From assembly GCA_001871085.1 (NCBI GenBank), contig MNUQ01000113.1:11608-75607 (forward strand): a stretch of DNA of 64,000 nt, read 5' to 3'. A model generated the notes under the pieces. It was not told the origin of the DNA. It was given only the letters and a program-made list of their open reading frames with translations, and did not search any database. Below, piece after piece: positions 45,274-58,167 of this stretch (positions within the stretch are counted from its first letter, which is position 1; each line of letters opens with the position of its first letter). This DNA comes from Desulfovibrionaceae bacterium CG1_02_65_16 (GTDB lineage Bacteria; Desulfobacterota; Desulfovibrionia; Desulfovibrionales; Desulfovibrionaceae). The position numbers and the translations under genes are program-made.

Positions 45274-45687
45274 TCAGCGCAGGAGCGACGCCGCGAACCC
45301 GACCAGCCCCCCCACGGTCAGGCCGCAGGCCACCTCAAGGGGCGTGTGGCCGATGCGCTCGCGCAGGCGCGCGGGTTCGCCCGCAGTGGCCCGCAGGGCG
45401 TTGATGGCCCGGGCCTGCCTGCCCACGTGGCCGCGCAGGCTCGTGGCATCCAAAAGTACAATGAAGGCGAAGGTCAGCGCCACGCCCAGGGCTGGCGAAT
45501 CGAGCCCCTCGCGCAGGGCGATGAGCGTGCACATGCTGCCCACGATGGCGCTGTGGTTGCTCGGCAGCCCGCCGTAGCCGATGAGGTCGAAGGCCAGCCG
45601 CCGCGCGCGCAGGCTGTTGATGCAGAACTTCAGCACCCCGGCGGCGAGCCAGGCGCAAAACGGCGTGACGACGTAGGCGTAGTGCAT
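45274..45687 (-). CDS. Divergent PAP2-family (DUF212-like) membrane phosphatase
   Basis: 'YGGLPSNHSA', 'LLDATSLR..VGRQA..IN', 'LRERIGHTPLEV'. Confidence 0.85.
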   Translation of the reverse strand: MHYAYVVTPFCAWLAAGVLKFCINSLRARRLAFDLIGYGGLPSNHSAIVGSMCTLIALREGLDSPALGVALTFAFIVLLDATSLRGHVGRQARAINALRATAGEPARLRERIGHTPLEVACGLTVGGLVGFAASLLR

Positions 45688-45709
45688 GGGGCTCCCTTTG
45701 CGCCGGCCT

Positions 45710-46444
45710 CTAGAAACGCATCTTCTTGAAGATCGACTCGGGCATGTGGCGGATGATGAGCATGATCAGCCGCCACACGGGCTTGACGTAGATGACCTCC
45801 GCGCCTTTTTCGGCCACGGCAACAATGGCCTTGGCCACCTCCTGCGGCGAGGCGGTGAGCGCCTTGGGCAGCGCCTTGCCCTCGGTCATGGCGGTGTTCA
45901 CAAAGCCCGGCTTGACCGTCACCACGCGCACACCGGAGCGCGAAAGGCGCTGCCGCAGGCCGGAGAGAAAGGCCGTGAACCCGGCCTTGGCCGCGCCGTA
46001 GATGTAGTTATGCGCACGGCCCCGGTCGCCCGCAACGGAGCTGATGCCGATGAGCAGGCCCTTGCCCCGCTGTTCGAATTCGTCCGCGGCCAGGGCGAAC
46101 ACCCCCAGCAGGCCGGTGAAGTTGGCCGTCACGATGCGCTGGGCCAGATCCGGGTCGTGCCGCGTGGCCTCGTGGTCGCCCAGCAGGCCCACTGCGCAGA
46201 AAAGCGCGTCCGGTCGCGGTCCCGGCAAATTCTCCCAGAACGCCCTGTGCGTCTCGGGCTGCGCCGCGTCGAAGACCAGAGCGGGCACTGGCCGGCCCAG
46301 GCGCACGGAGAGGTCACCGGCCACGCGGCCCACGGCCTCAATGTCGCGCCCGGCGAGAATGGGCTGCCAGCCCGCCTGGCCAAAGGCCAGCGCCGTGGCC
46401 CGGGCGATGTCCGATGTGGCTCCGAGAATGACGATGGCGCGCAT
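45710..46444 (-). CDS. DprE2-like short-chain dehydrogenase
   Basis: Start at ATG 46444 (TAATG overlap); 'ILGATSDIA', 'SSVAGDRGR..NYIYGAAKAG', 'TVKPGFVNTAMT'. Confidence 0.85.
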   Translation of the reverse strand: MRAIVILGATSDIARATALAFGQAGWQPILAGRDIEAVGRVAGDLSVRLGRPVPALVFDAAQPETHRAFWENLPGPRPDALFCAVGLLGDHEATRHDPDLAQRIVTANFTGLLGVFALAADEFEQRGKGLLIGISSVAGDRGRAHNYIYGAAKAGFTAFLSGLRQRLSRSGVRVVTVKPGFVNTAMTEGKALPKALTASPQEVAKAIVAVAEKGAEVIYVKPVWRLIMLIIRHMPESIFKKMRF

Positions 46445-47808
46445 TACATGCCTCCTTGCCGGGCGAGTCCAAGCCGCCTGGATTGCAGTGATTGCAGCCG
46501 CCACTGGGGATCCCAGCGCTGCTTGACCGCCAGAAAGTCGTCCAACAGCGCGCCGTAGCCGCGCCGGAAGGTTTCCGCAGACATGCGGGCGTCCTTGGTC
46601 AGGTACAGCCGGCCGCCATAGTCCAGCACCATGGCGTCCAGCGTGTCGAGCAGGGGGAACAGTTTTTCGCCGATGGGGAAGTCCAGGGCCAGGGTGTAGC
46701 CCTCCATGGGGAACGACATGTTGCCCTTGGGGTGGTCCTGCCGGCCGAAGAGCTTGAGCACCGCCAGAAACGAGCCCAGGCCAGAGGCGGCGATGCGCGC
46801 CAGGATCTTTTCCAGCCCGGCCCGGCCCGCCTCCTTGGGGATGACGAACTGATACTGCGTGAAGCCGCGCTTGCCGTAGATGCGGTTCCACTCGTTCACC
46901 GCGTCCAGCGGGTAGAAGAACGTGGTGTAGGGCACAATGGATTCCGACACGCCCGAGTGGGCCTTGCCGTAATAGAGCATGTTGAAGGCCTTGACCGACC
47001 AGGGGTTGAGCACGAAGGACGGGAAGTCCACGGGAATGGAGAGGGTGTGGGCCGGGGGCAGGGTGAGCGGGGCGGCGCGGAGCTTGGCCGGCAGTTTGCC
47101 CAATTCGTCGGGCCGGGCGTGCTCCCCGCGCATGAGCACCGAGCGTCCCAGGCCGCTGCCCGCCGCCGCGCAGTCGATCCAGGCCACGGAGTACGTCCAC
47201 CCGCCGGATTGTTCGAAGGCGTCCATGATTTCGCCCAGGTTGGCCGCCTTGACGGTTTCCTGGCGGATGTAGGCGGACTGGATGGGCACGAGGTCCACCG
47301 CGGCCTGGGCGATGAAGCCCGTGAGGCCGTGGCCCCCGTGCGTGGCGGCGAAAAGCTCCGGCTCCAGCTCGGGCGAGCAGCGCACCGTTTCGCCCCCGGC
47401 GGTGACGAGGTCCACCCAGGCCGTGTGCTGGCCGAAGCAGCCCGACACATGGTGGTTTTTGCCGTGCACGTCGGAGGCTATGGCCCCGCCCAGACTGACG
47501 AAGCGCGTGCCCGGCGTCACCGGGGGGAACCAGCCGCGCGGCGCAAAGGCGTCCAGAATCTCGGAGAGGGTCACGCCCGCCTCGGCCGCGAGCCTGCCCG
47601 TGGCCGGGTTGAAGTCGAGCATGCGGTCCAGCCGGCGCGAGGAGATAATAAGCGGTTCGGCCAGCGAGCTGTCGCCGTAGCAGCGGCCCATGCCCCGGCC
47701 AATGGCGGTGTCCGCCCCGCGCAGCAGCTGCGCCGTGTCGGCCTGGCTGCGCGGCGCGGCAAGAGTGCTCTCCGCAACGGGATACTTGCCCCAGTTCGTT
47801 ATGCGCAT
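46444..47808 (-). CDS. DprE1-like FAD-binding oxidoreductase
   Basis: 'NWGKYP', 'GRGMGRCYGDSS', 'VTPGTRFVSLGGAIASDVHGKNHH..GCF', 'YSVAWID', 'GFTQYQFV', 'FLAVLKLFG', 'SFPMEGYTLALDF', 'GGRLYLTKD'. Confidence 0.9.
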   Translation of the reverse strand: MRITNWGKYPVAESTLAAPRSQADTAQLLRGADTAIGRGMGRCYGDSSLAEPLIISSRRLDRMLDFNPATGRLAAEAGVTLSEILDAFAPRGWFPPVTPGTRFVSLGGAIASDVHGKNHHVSGCFGQHTAWVDLVTAGGETVRCSPELEPELFAATHGGHGLTGFIAQAAVDLVPIQSAYIRQETVKAANLGEIMDAFEQSGGWTYSVAWIDCAAAGSGLGRSVLMRGEHARPDELGKLPAKLRAAPLTLPPAHTLSIPVDFPSFVLNPWSVKAFNMLYYGKAHSGVSESIVPYTTFFYPLDAVNEWNRIYGKRGFTQYQFVIPKEAGRAGLEKILARIAASGLGSFLAVLKLFGRQDHPKGNMSFPMEGYTLALDFPIGEKLFPLLDTLDAMVLDYGGRLYLTKDARMSAETFRRGYGALLDDFLAVKQRWDPQWRLQSLQSRRLGLARQGGM

Positions 47809-48515
47809 GTCGCGCCCGCCTCCTGTGTGGTTGCGCCGCCGGCCTTTTTGGGGCTGGCGACGATGAAGAACTGGCGTCCAAGCAGCCGCCAGGCCGGGGG
47901 AAACAGCAGGTACAGGCGCACCAGCAGCGGGTGCGTGGGCAGCGCGGTCTTGGTGGTGTAGGGCAAAAAACGGTCGATGCAGGCGTCGACGGCATAGCCT
48001 TGCAGCTCCAGCGCCTCGCACAGGGAAAGATGCGTCAGCCCCAGGCTGTGGTCGTAAAAGTCCCAGTAGCGGCCCGGCAGATAGCGCAGGTTGGGGCCCA
48101 GGATGAGCAGTCTTCCGCCCGGCTTGAGCACCCGCGCAATCTGCCCCAGCAGATCGTCCAGCGCCGGCTTGTCGGGCAGGTGCTCCAAAAAATTCGAGCA
48201 GAAGATCACGTCGGCCACGCCCTCGCCCAGGGCTCCCACGGTTGTCGCCGGCTGGAGGCGGAAGTCGACGTCCGGCGCCAGAAAGCGTTTCGCGTCGGCG
48301 TTGATGTCCACGGCGATCTTGTGGCGCGCCTGGATGGCGTTGATGAACTCCCCGTAGCCGCAGGCGATGTCCAGCACGGTGTCGCCCGGGTGGACGAAGC
48401 GCTGGAGGAAGTGCCGGCACAGGGCGCGCCATATGTCGCGCTTGCGGCCCAGCGAGGCTTCCTCAAAACGGTTACGGTACAGGGTGGCGATGTCTTGGCC
48501 TGATTCCATGCTCAT
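47799..48515 (-). CDS. Class I SAM-dependent methyltransferase
   Basis: 'VLDIACGYGEFIN', 'SNFLEHL', 'VLKPGGR'. Confidence 0.87.
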   Translation of the reverse strand: MSMESGQDIATLYRNRFEEASLGRKRDIWRALCRHFLQRFVHPGDTVLDIACGYGEFINAIQARHKIAVDINADAKRFLAPDVDFRLQPATTVGALGEGVADVIFCSNFLEHLPDKPALDDLLGQIARVLKPGGRLLILGPNLRYLPGRYWDFYDHSLGLTHLSLCEALELQGYAVDACIDRFLPYTTKTALPTHPLLVRLYLLFPPAWRLLGRQFFIVASPKKAGGATTQEAGATCA

Positions 48516-48520
48516 TTGCC

Positions 48521-48982
48521 CTATTTGTCCTTGAATGCGCAGAATTTATACATCAAAAACGTTGCGAACACCGGTATGGATATGGCCGCGCCGTGGGCCA
48601 GCTCGTTGACGAAATGCCGCAGCCCGATGTGCTCCAGCACGGTCCGGAATCCCAGGGAGGCCAGCCAGACCACGGGAAAGAAGCCCACGTTGATGAGGAC
48701 GAAATCCCGGGCCTGCTTGAACATGGGCCGGGCCGAAGCCGGAAAGACATAGCGGCGGTTCAGCTCAAAGGCCACGGCCATGCCCACGCAATACGCGTAC
48801 GCCACGGCCCAGGCGAAGGGCAAGAAGCAGCTCAGGCCGATGCGCGCCAGCCAGTGCAGCAAGGCGGCCGTGCCGCCCACGGCCAGAAACTTGAGGAACT
48901 GGGCGCTGCAATACTGGCGCAACAGCCGGCGCAGGGGGCCGGCCGCAGCCCGGCCGCAGGCGCATTCCCGCTCCACGCTCAT
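48521..48982 (-). CDS. GtrA-family lipid-linked sugar translocase
   Basis: 'QFLKFLAVGG', 'FELNRRYVF', four hydrophobic helices. Confidence 0.85.
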   Translation of the reverse strand: MSVERECACGRAAAGPLRRLLRQYCSAQFLKFLAVGGTAALLHWLARIGLSCFLPFAWAVAYAYCVGMAVAFELNRRYVFPASARPMFKQARDFVLINVGFFPVVWLASLGFRTVLEHIGLRHFVNELAHGAAISIPVFATFLMYKFCAFKDK

Positions 48983-50286
48983 TGTTGCGCGCCCGCCAGC
49001 AGCGCCAGCTCGCCGCCTATGCGCACGCTCTCGTTGATGGAGCGGTCCTCGGGGAAGGAGTGGGTGGTGTCGGCCGCGAAAAAGCCCGGCAGGCCGGTTT
49101 CATATGGCGGCAGCACGTGCCGGAAGCCCGGCGGGCACACGGGCTGGGCGTACTCGTAGCGGAACACCCGGGCGTGGCGTTCGCGTGCGGCGGGATTGAT
49201 CCGCACGAGCGCGGCGCGGGCCATGTCCAGCAGCTCGGCGTCCGGCCGGGTCCAGTTGGGGTGATCGTGCGGCATGTAGAACGGCACGTAGACGATGCCG
49301 TCGCCGCCCCATTCCCTGGTGGCGCGCAGGTTGCTGTACTCAATGACCCCCGGCGCGTCGAAGCCGGGCAGGTCCACGTTGAGCCAGAAGTTGTCCGTCA
49401 GCGGCCTGTCGAACCGGAAGAGCGCGCAGGCGCAGCCCACGTTGCGCACGCGGCGCACGCGTTCGGCGTAGGCCTTGGGCAGGTCCGGGGCCAGGGCGGG
49501 CACGTAGGGCAAGGGAATGGTGCTGATGGCCGCGTCGTAGTCCAGCGTCTCTCCGCCGACCTGTAGGCTCACGCCGCCGCCGGGCCGCGCGGCCACGCGG
49601 CGCACCGGGGCGTTCAGCCGCAACGTCCCGCCCAGGCCCTCGATGCCGCGCGCCAACGCGTCGATGAGCACGCTGGTGCCGCCCTCCAGGTAGCCCAGGC
49701 GCTCCTCCATGAGGCTGGACCGGGAGTTGGCCACCCGGCGGATGCGCGAGGCGATCCACGCGGCGGAAAGCGGCGTGCTGAGGTGGAAGAATTTTTTTTC
49801 GAACAGAAAGCGCCACAGCACGTCGTAGCCTTCCCGACCCTCCCAGCGGCGGAACCAGTCGTCGGCGGCCACATCGTCCAGCGGGGTCAGGTCCTTCAGA
49901 AACTTGCAGGAAAAGGCGTGCAGCCCGTAGCGCAGGCGGGTGACGAGGGACACGTCCGGAAAGCGCAGCAGGGCCACGGGGTTGCCCCAGCGGCGCAGCC
50001 GGGGAATGCCTGCGGTGTCCAGACGGAAGAAGCCCATGCGCGTGGCGCTCCAGCGCAGCTTGTCCTCCAGGCCCAGCTCGCGCAGCAGGGCAAAAAGCTG
50101 TTCGTCCGGCAGATTGATGAAGTGATAGTAGCGCTCCAGGGCCAGGCCGTCGAAGTCGAAGCTGGCGGACATGCCGCCGGGCCGGTCGTCGGCCTCGTAC
50201 ACATGGGCGCGCACGCCGGCGCGCAGCAGGCGGTGCGCGGTGGCAAGGCCCATGGGCCCCGCGCCGATGACGGCGACGCTTCTCAC
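48979..50286 (-). CDS. NAD(P)/FAD-dependent oxidoreductase (amine oxidase / protoporphyrinogen oxidase-like fold)
   Basis: GTG 50286 overlaps the upstream stop; 'VIGAGPMGLATA', 'YEADDRPGGM', 'ERYYHFI', 'AQPV', 'PEDRSINES'. Confidence 0.85.
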   Translation of the reverse strand: MRSVAVIGAGPMGLATAHRLLRAGVRAHVYEADDRPGGMSASFDFDGLALERYYHFINLPDEQLFALLRELGLEDKLRWSATRMGFFRLDTAGIPRLRRWGNPVALLRFPDVSLVTRLRYGLHAFSCKFLKDLTPLDDVAADDWFRRWEGREGYDVLWRFLFEKKFFHLSTPLSAAWIASRIRRVANSRSSLMEERLGYLEGGTSVLIDALARGIEGLGGTLRLNAPVRRVAARPGGGVSLQVGGETLDYDAAISTIPLPYVPALAPDLPKAYAERVRRVRNVGCACALFRFDRPLTDNFWLNVDLPGFDAPGVIEYSNLRATREWGGDGIVYVPFYMPHDHPNWTRPDAELLDMARAALVRINPAARERHARVFRYEYAQPVCPPGFRHVLPPYETGLPGFFAADTTHSFPEDRSINESVRIGGELALLAGAQQ

Positions 50287-51236
50287 GTCCAGCGCTCCAG
50301 CACCACGGCGCTGTACACCGGGTGGGTGAAGGTCTCGGTGATGGCCTGGGCGAAGGGCGTGGGCGTGACGCCGAAGGTCTCCTTGATGCTGATGCCCCGG
50401 AAGTAGTCGCCCGCGGTGAGGGCGTCGAGCTGGTCGGCCACGAAGGGCGGATTGGGCAGCAGCAGGGCGTAGGTGCGCATGAGCAGGCGGAAGAACCAAA
50501 TGGGCAGGTGCACCAGCAGGGTGTGCAGGCCCTTGGCCCGGCGGATGCTGCGCACGATGTCCACGTAGGTCACGTCCTCCTGGCCCACGATGTCGTACGC
50601 CGCGCCGCTTGGGGCCATTTCCGCGCAGCGGATGAGCACGCGGCAGAAGTCCAGCACGTACAGCGGCTGGCGCAAAAAGCGCCCGCTGCCGGGGATGGGG
50701 AACACCGGCGTTTTGGCCATGAAGCGCGAAAGCCAGCCCAGATGCTTGGGGTCGAACCAGCCGAACATGAGCGTGGGCCGCGCCACGCAGTGGGGCAGGC
50801 CGGAGGCGGCCATGAGCGCTTCCTGTCCGCGCTTGGAGCGCGTGTAGTTGTCGTCGGCCACGGAGTTGACCACGGACGAGCCCACGAACACGGTGAAGGG
50901 CACGGCGTGCTTTTGGGCGGCGGCGATGACCCGCTTGGTGGCGTCCAGTGTGTTGCGCTGGAAGGGCGCCCAGTCCGCGCTGGTTATCTGCGCCTGGAGC
51001 AGGAACAGCCGCGCCGCGCCGGCCAGGGCGTCCTCCCAGGGGCCGGGCTCGCTCAAATCCGCGTGGACGCAGCGCACCTGGGGGTGCAGGCGCTGCAGAA
51101 TGGCCAGGTTGCCCGCGTGGTTGTCCAGGGCGACGAGGTTCGTGTAGCCCTGGCGCAGCAGCTCGGCCACGAGGTTCTGGCCGACGAGGCCTGCCGCGCC
51201 GGTGATGACCAGCATATCGGTGTGATTCAGCGTCAT
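50283..51236 (-). CDS. NAD-dependent epimerase/dehydratase-family protein
   Basis: 'ITGAAGLVG', YxxxK in 'YTRSK', 'RPTLMFG', 'RQPLYV.DF'. Confidence 0.85.
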   Translation of the reverse strand: MTLNHTDMLVITGAAGLVGQNLVAELLRQGYTNLVALDNHAGNLAILQRLHPQVRCVHADLSEPGPWEDALAGAARLFLLQAQITSADWAPFQRNTLDATKRVIAAAQKHAVPFTVFVGSSVVNSVADDNYTRSKRGQEALMAASGLPHCVARPTLMFGWFDPKHLGWLSRFMAKTPVFPIPGSGRFLRQPLYVLDFCRVLIRCAEMAPSGAAYDIVGQEDVTYVDIVRSIRRAKGLHTLLVHLPIWFFRLLMRTYALLLPNPPFVADQLDALTAGDYFRGISIKETFGVTPTPFAQAITETFTHPVYSAVVLERWT

Positions 51237-51241
51237 GATGC

Positions 51242-52120
51242 TCACTTCAGGTAGATGAGTATGGCCATGTGCAGCACCCAGCAACACACGGCGCATTGGA
51301 TGAACGTGTCGCGCAGCATGACCTTGGTGGGCGAGCCGGAGTCGTCGCTAACGAGGACGATCTGCAAATAGCGCAGGTTACCGATGATGACCCAGAAGGC
51401 GCTGAGAAAGACATGCTCCGAGCCAAGATGCGCGCGCACCTCCGGGGAAAGCGTGTACATGATGTAGCACACGGTGTTCGCCGTTGAAAGCAGGGTGATG
51501 GCCGAGAGGATGAACTGCTTGCTGTACTGCGCGGCGCACCGGCGCACCATGCCGCGTTCCGGCTCGCGGTCCTGCAGGGAGAGATCGTCCCAGCGCTTGC
51601 TGAGCGCCAGAAACAACGTGAGCAGAAAGACCATGAGCACCAGCCAGGAGCTGGTGACGTAATGCGTGGCCTGGGTTCCGGCCAGCACGCGCAGCACAAA
51701 GCCAGCGGCAACGCAGCTCACGTCGAGGATGGAGACGTGCTTGGCGTAGAGCGAATAGACCACGTTGAGGGCCAGATACGCGCCCAGGGGCGGCAGAAAA
51801 CCGTTCGCCCAGGCCAGGGCCACAGCCCCGCAGGCCAGCGCCGCCCCGATGACCGCCGCCGCGGCGAGAGGCACCTCGCCGCTGGCGATGGGCCGCCGGC
51901 ACTTAACCGGGTGGTTGCGGTCCATTTCCCGGTCAAGGGAGTCGTTCAGGATGTATATGGCGCTCGCGGCCAGGCAGAACGCCGCAAAGGCCAGCCCCCC
52001 GGCGAGCAGCAGCTCCGGGCGGGTCATGCCCCCGCCGAAGAACAGCGGAAAGAACACGAACAGATTTTTGACGTATTCCTTGGGCCGTAACAACCGAATA
52101 TAGGCACCAAGCTTTGGCAT
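51242..52120 (-). CDS. UbiA-family polyprenyl-phosphate phosphoribosyltransferase (Rv3806c/NoeC-like)
   Basis: 'LLRPKEYVKNLFVF', 'ASAIYILND..D...D..HPVK..RPIASG', 'AGFVLRV.AG', 'FLALSKR', 'SGSPT'. Confidence 0.9.
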   Translation of the reverse strand: MPKLGAYIRLLRPKEYVKNLFVFFPLFFGGGMTRPELLLAGGLAFAAFCLAASAIYILNDSLDREMDRNHPVKCRRPIASGEVPLAAAAVIGAALACGAVALAWANGFLPPLGAYLALNVVYSLYAKHVSILDVSCVAAGFVLRVLAGTQATHYVTSSWLVLMVFLLTLFLALSKRWDDLSLQDREPERGMVRRCAAQYSKQFILSAITLLSTANTVCYIMYTLSPEVRAHLGSEHVFLSAFWVIIGNLRYLQIVLVSDDSGSPTKVMLRDTFIQCAVCCWVLHMAILIYLK

Positions 52121-52300
52121 GCGCTACCTTTTTTGAGTGAGGGACGCCACGGCGCGAGAAAAGGGGGGTCCGCCCGGCGGAACCGTTTTCGTCCAACCCA
52201 TTTCTTTAGCCGATACGGGGCCGGTTCCGCAACCGTCGCTTGGCCCGCCGGCTTGCCGGCCTGCTCGCTTATGGAAGCGGTTGGCGGGTCGCTTTGCGCG

Positions 52301-54211
52301 TTATTGCCGGCCGGCTACGGGAACCGCGCTGAAGGTCACGTCGTATCCGCTGCGCCATTGCAGGCTCCAGCCGCCCTCTGCGGAAACGGCGAAGCTTTTG
52401 GCCCGCAGGCCCCGCAGCGACGGGGCGTCCGTGTACAGGCCGGCGAAGTCCTGCGCGTTTTCGATGAACGGCGAAATGACGAATCCGCCCCTGCCCATGA
52501 CCGGCTGGAACCGGAACTCCCGCTTTTGCCCGTTTTCCAGCATGACGCTGAAGCGCAGGCGGTTGTACTTGTACAGCAGGTTGATGAGCCGTCCGCCGAT
52601 GGTTGGCCGCAGGTTGATGGTCACGAACACCGGCCCCGGCGAGGCCGGCACGGGCACTTCGTCGCCGAGCTGCACGCGGCCGCCGCCAAGAGGGCTGGGT
52701 GCCGCCGCGTCGGCGTCCGTTGTTCCCGCGTCAATGCGCCGCAGCACCAGATAGTCGTTTGCGAAACCGCCGGGCCTGTAGTGCGCCAGCAGCGCCGGCC
52801 AGCTTGCCCCGTCCTCGATTGGCGGCACCCGGCGGTCGATGGCGGCCACCTGGAAGAAAACGGTCTGCGGCGCGCGCGGGCCGAGCAAATGGTCGCGGTT
52901 CTTTTCCGCCAGCACCTTGGTGTAGGCCGAGTAGCTTTGGAACACCGGGCGCGGCGACCAGCCGTTGCCCGAGGCGATGAGCCGCGCCTGGTCCGTGGGG
53001 TAGATGTCCGCCGTACCCTCCGCGCGGGGCAGCGGGGTCTTTTCGCGCACGGCCCGCACCGAGGCGTTGAAGCGTTCGGCGAGGGCGTCGCCCCCGGAGA
53101 GACGCTCGCCCAGGCCCTTCCAGGCCGAGGCATAGAGGGTGGGAACGCCCGCAAGCGGGTTGAAGGCGTAATGGAAGTCGATGAACAGGCAGACCAGCGC
53201 GGCGAAGACCAGCACCCGGACGAACTGCCGCCCCTCGGTCATGAGCCGCAGGAGTATGGCCGCCAGCACCAACGTGTGCGCGCCGATGATGACGTGGAAG
53301 TCGTGGCGCACCACCGAGCTTTTGAAGCTGACGAAGAAGTATCCCGCGAACAGCAGCAGCAGGAACAGCTTGAGGCCTCTCGCCGCTGTGGCTTTGCGCA
53401 GCAGCCAGTGCAGCAGCGCCGCGAAGCCCAGCAACATCAGGATGGTCTCCTTGACGTCTCCCAGATTGATCATGGCCTCGTTGTAGCCGGCGGCGATTTG
53501 CAGGATTCCTGCGAGGTAGCCGGGCAGGGCGTCCAGCGGCTGTCCGATGAGCCGCCAGAAGAACAGCGCGGAGAGCACCGGCAGGACCAGGCAGAACAGC
53601 GCCAGCACCCAGCGCCGGTGCAGCAGGAACAATGCAGCGCACAGCCCCGCCACGCCGAGGCACACGGGCAGCAGCGTGCCCTTTACCAGCAGCAGCAGCC
53701 CAAGAGCCGCCCAGGCTAGCCCAAGGCAAAGGGCGCGCGCCAGTCCTCGCTTGCGCCCGAACGCCGTCTGAGCGGCCGTTAGCGCGGTGGCGATGGGCAG
53801 CAGGAACAGAATGACGCCATTGGCGGGCGCAAGCGCGGCGATTGCGGCGCAGAGGGCCAGTCCCCAGGCCAGCCCCTTGTCCTGCGCCAGCAGAATGAGG
53901 CACGCGCCGAAGGCCAGCGCCAGCAGCAGCCCGCCGCCCAGGGCGAAGGCGCTTGTGGCCGGGTGGTACACCCACGAGTAGAGGAAGGAGTAAGGACCGA
54001 AGGTGAAGATGATGTCTCGGCCGAAGACCAGCCCGCGCGCGACGGCCTCGTTCAGGGCATAAGCCCAGGAGGGGTCCACACCTCCGGCGGGCATGACGGG
54101 GGTGAGCGGCGTCAGGCAGGCGACCGCCGTGGCCAGCGCCGCAAGCTGGAACAGCAGGCGCGAAAAGGAAAGATGGCGTGTGGTGGCGCGGTCAGCAGTG
54201 GCGTCGTTCAT
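52301..54211 (-). CDS. Polytopic membrane protein, putative GT-C (lipid-linked pentose) transferase
   Basis: Early loop 'GVDPSWAYALN...FGRDIIFTFGPY', about 10-12 TM segments, C-terminal soluble domain 'PRPVFQSYSAYT'; lies upstream of ubiA on the same strand. Confidence 0.65.
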   Translation of the reverse strand: MNDATADRATTRHLSFSRLLFQLAALATAVACLTPLTPVMPAGGVDPSWAYALNEAVARGLVFGRDIIFTFGPYSFLYSWVYHPATSAFALGGGLLLALAFGACLILLAQDKGLAWGLALCAAIAALAPANGVILFLLPIATALTAAQTAFGRKRGLARALCLGLAWAALGLLLLVKGTLLPVCLGVAGLCAALFLLHRRWVLALFCLVLPVLSALFFWRLIGQPLDALPGYLAGILQIAAGYNEAMINLGDVKETILMLLGFAALLHWLLRKATAARGLKLFLLLLFAGYFFVSFKSSVVRHDFHVIIGAHTLVLAAILLRLMTEGRQFVRVLVFAALVCLFIDFHYAFNPLAGVPTLYASAWKGLGERLSGGDALAERFNASVRAVREKTPLPRAEGTADIYPTDQARLIASGNGWSPRPVFQSYSAYTKVLAEKNRDHLLGPRAPQTVFFQVAAIDRRVPPIEDGASWPALLAHYRPGGFANDYLVLRRIDAGTTDADAAAPSPLGGGRVQLGDEVPVPASPGPVFVTINLRPTIGGRLINLLYKYNRLRFSVMLENGQKREFRFQPVMGRGGFVISPFIENAQDFAGLYTDAPSLRGLRAKSFAVSAEGGWSLQWRSGYDVTFSAVPVAGRQ

Positions 54212-54603
54212 GGCGTTTTGTTTCCGGCCCGGGGCGCGGCGGGTTGGGGGGGACTGGTCAGGCGGTGGAGCGGGAGGCCTCCCCGCAGCCCCGGCGTGGG
54301 AACAATCTGTGGATGAATACGGCAAGGGCTTGAATGAGTAAAGCATTGCGCCGCGGTCCAGGGCCGCGTTTGCGCCGGCCGCTCTGGCACGCGCTCTGCA
54401 CAGTGTCCCGCGGATGTTCGCTTCCGGCGTGGGATTCCAACGGATTTTCCTGGGAACACCTGCAATTTGGGACCGACATTTTTGGAGAGCGGAGTCCTGC
54501 GTGCGAGGAGTTGCGCGCCGTATGGTGCCCGCGCGCCGGATATGCTACGCTTGAGGTCAATTCCCCATGACATCGCCTCTACCCATTGTTTTTTTGGAGG
54601 AAA

Positions 54604-58020
<3,417 letters not shown>

Positions 58021-58167
58021 GAAGCGGCATCCGCCCCTGCCACAAAAAAACTCCCCCCGCGCGGGCGGGGCGGCAAGGCCAGCGGCTTCGTTCGCCAGCT
58101 TGGCTGGGAGGCGCGCGTGTCCGGGCATGGAGGTATGCCCAAGACCTGGTCCAGATGTGCGCTTCGG

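Noticed and set aside
45710-47995. 761-aa ORF as a single fusion protein
   Set aside because: Only the last 244 codons are SDR-like; the upstream part is an off-frame overlap with the DprE1-like gene.
58030-58075. GC-rich imperfect inverted repeat between convergent treS and autotransporter genes
   Set aside because: Could be a terminator, but the stem is imperfect and the A-tract lies inside the loop, so it is not supported well enough to call.
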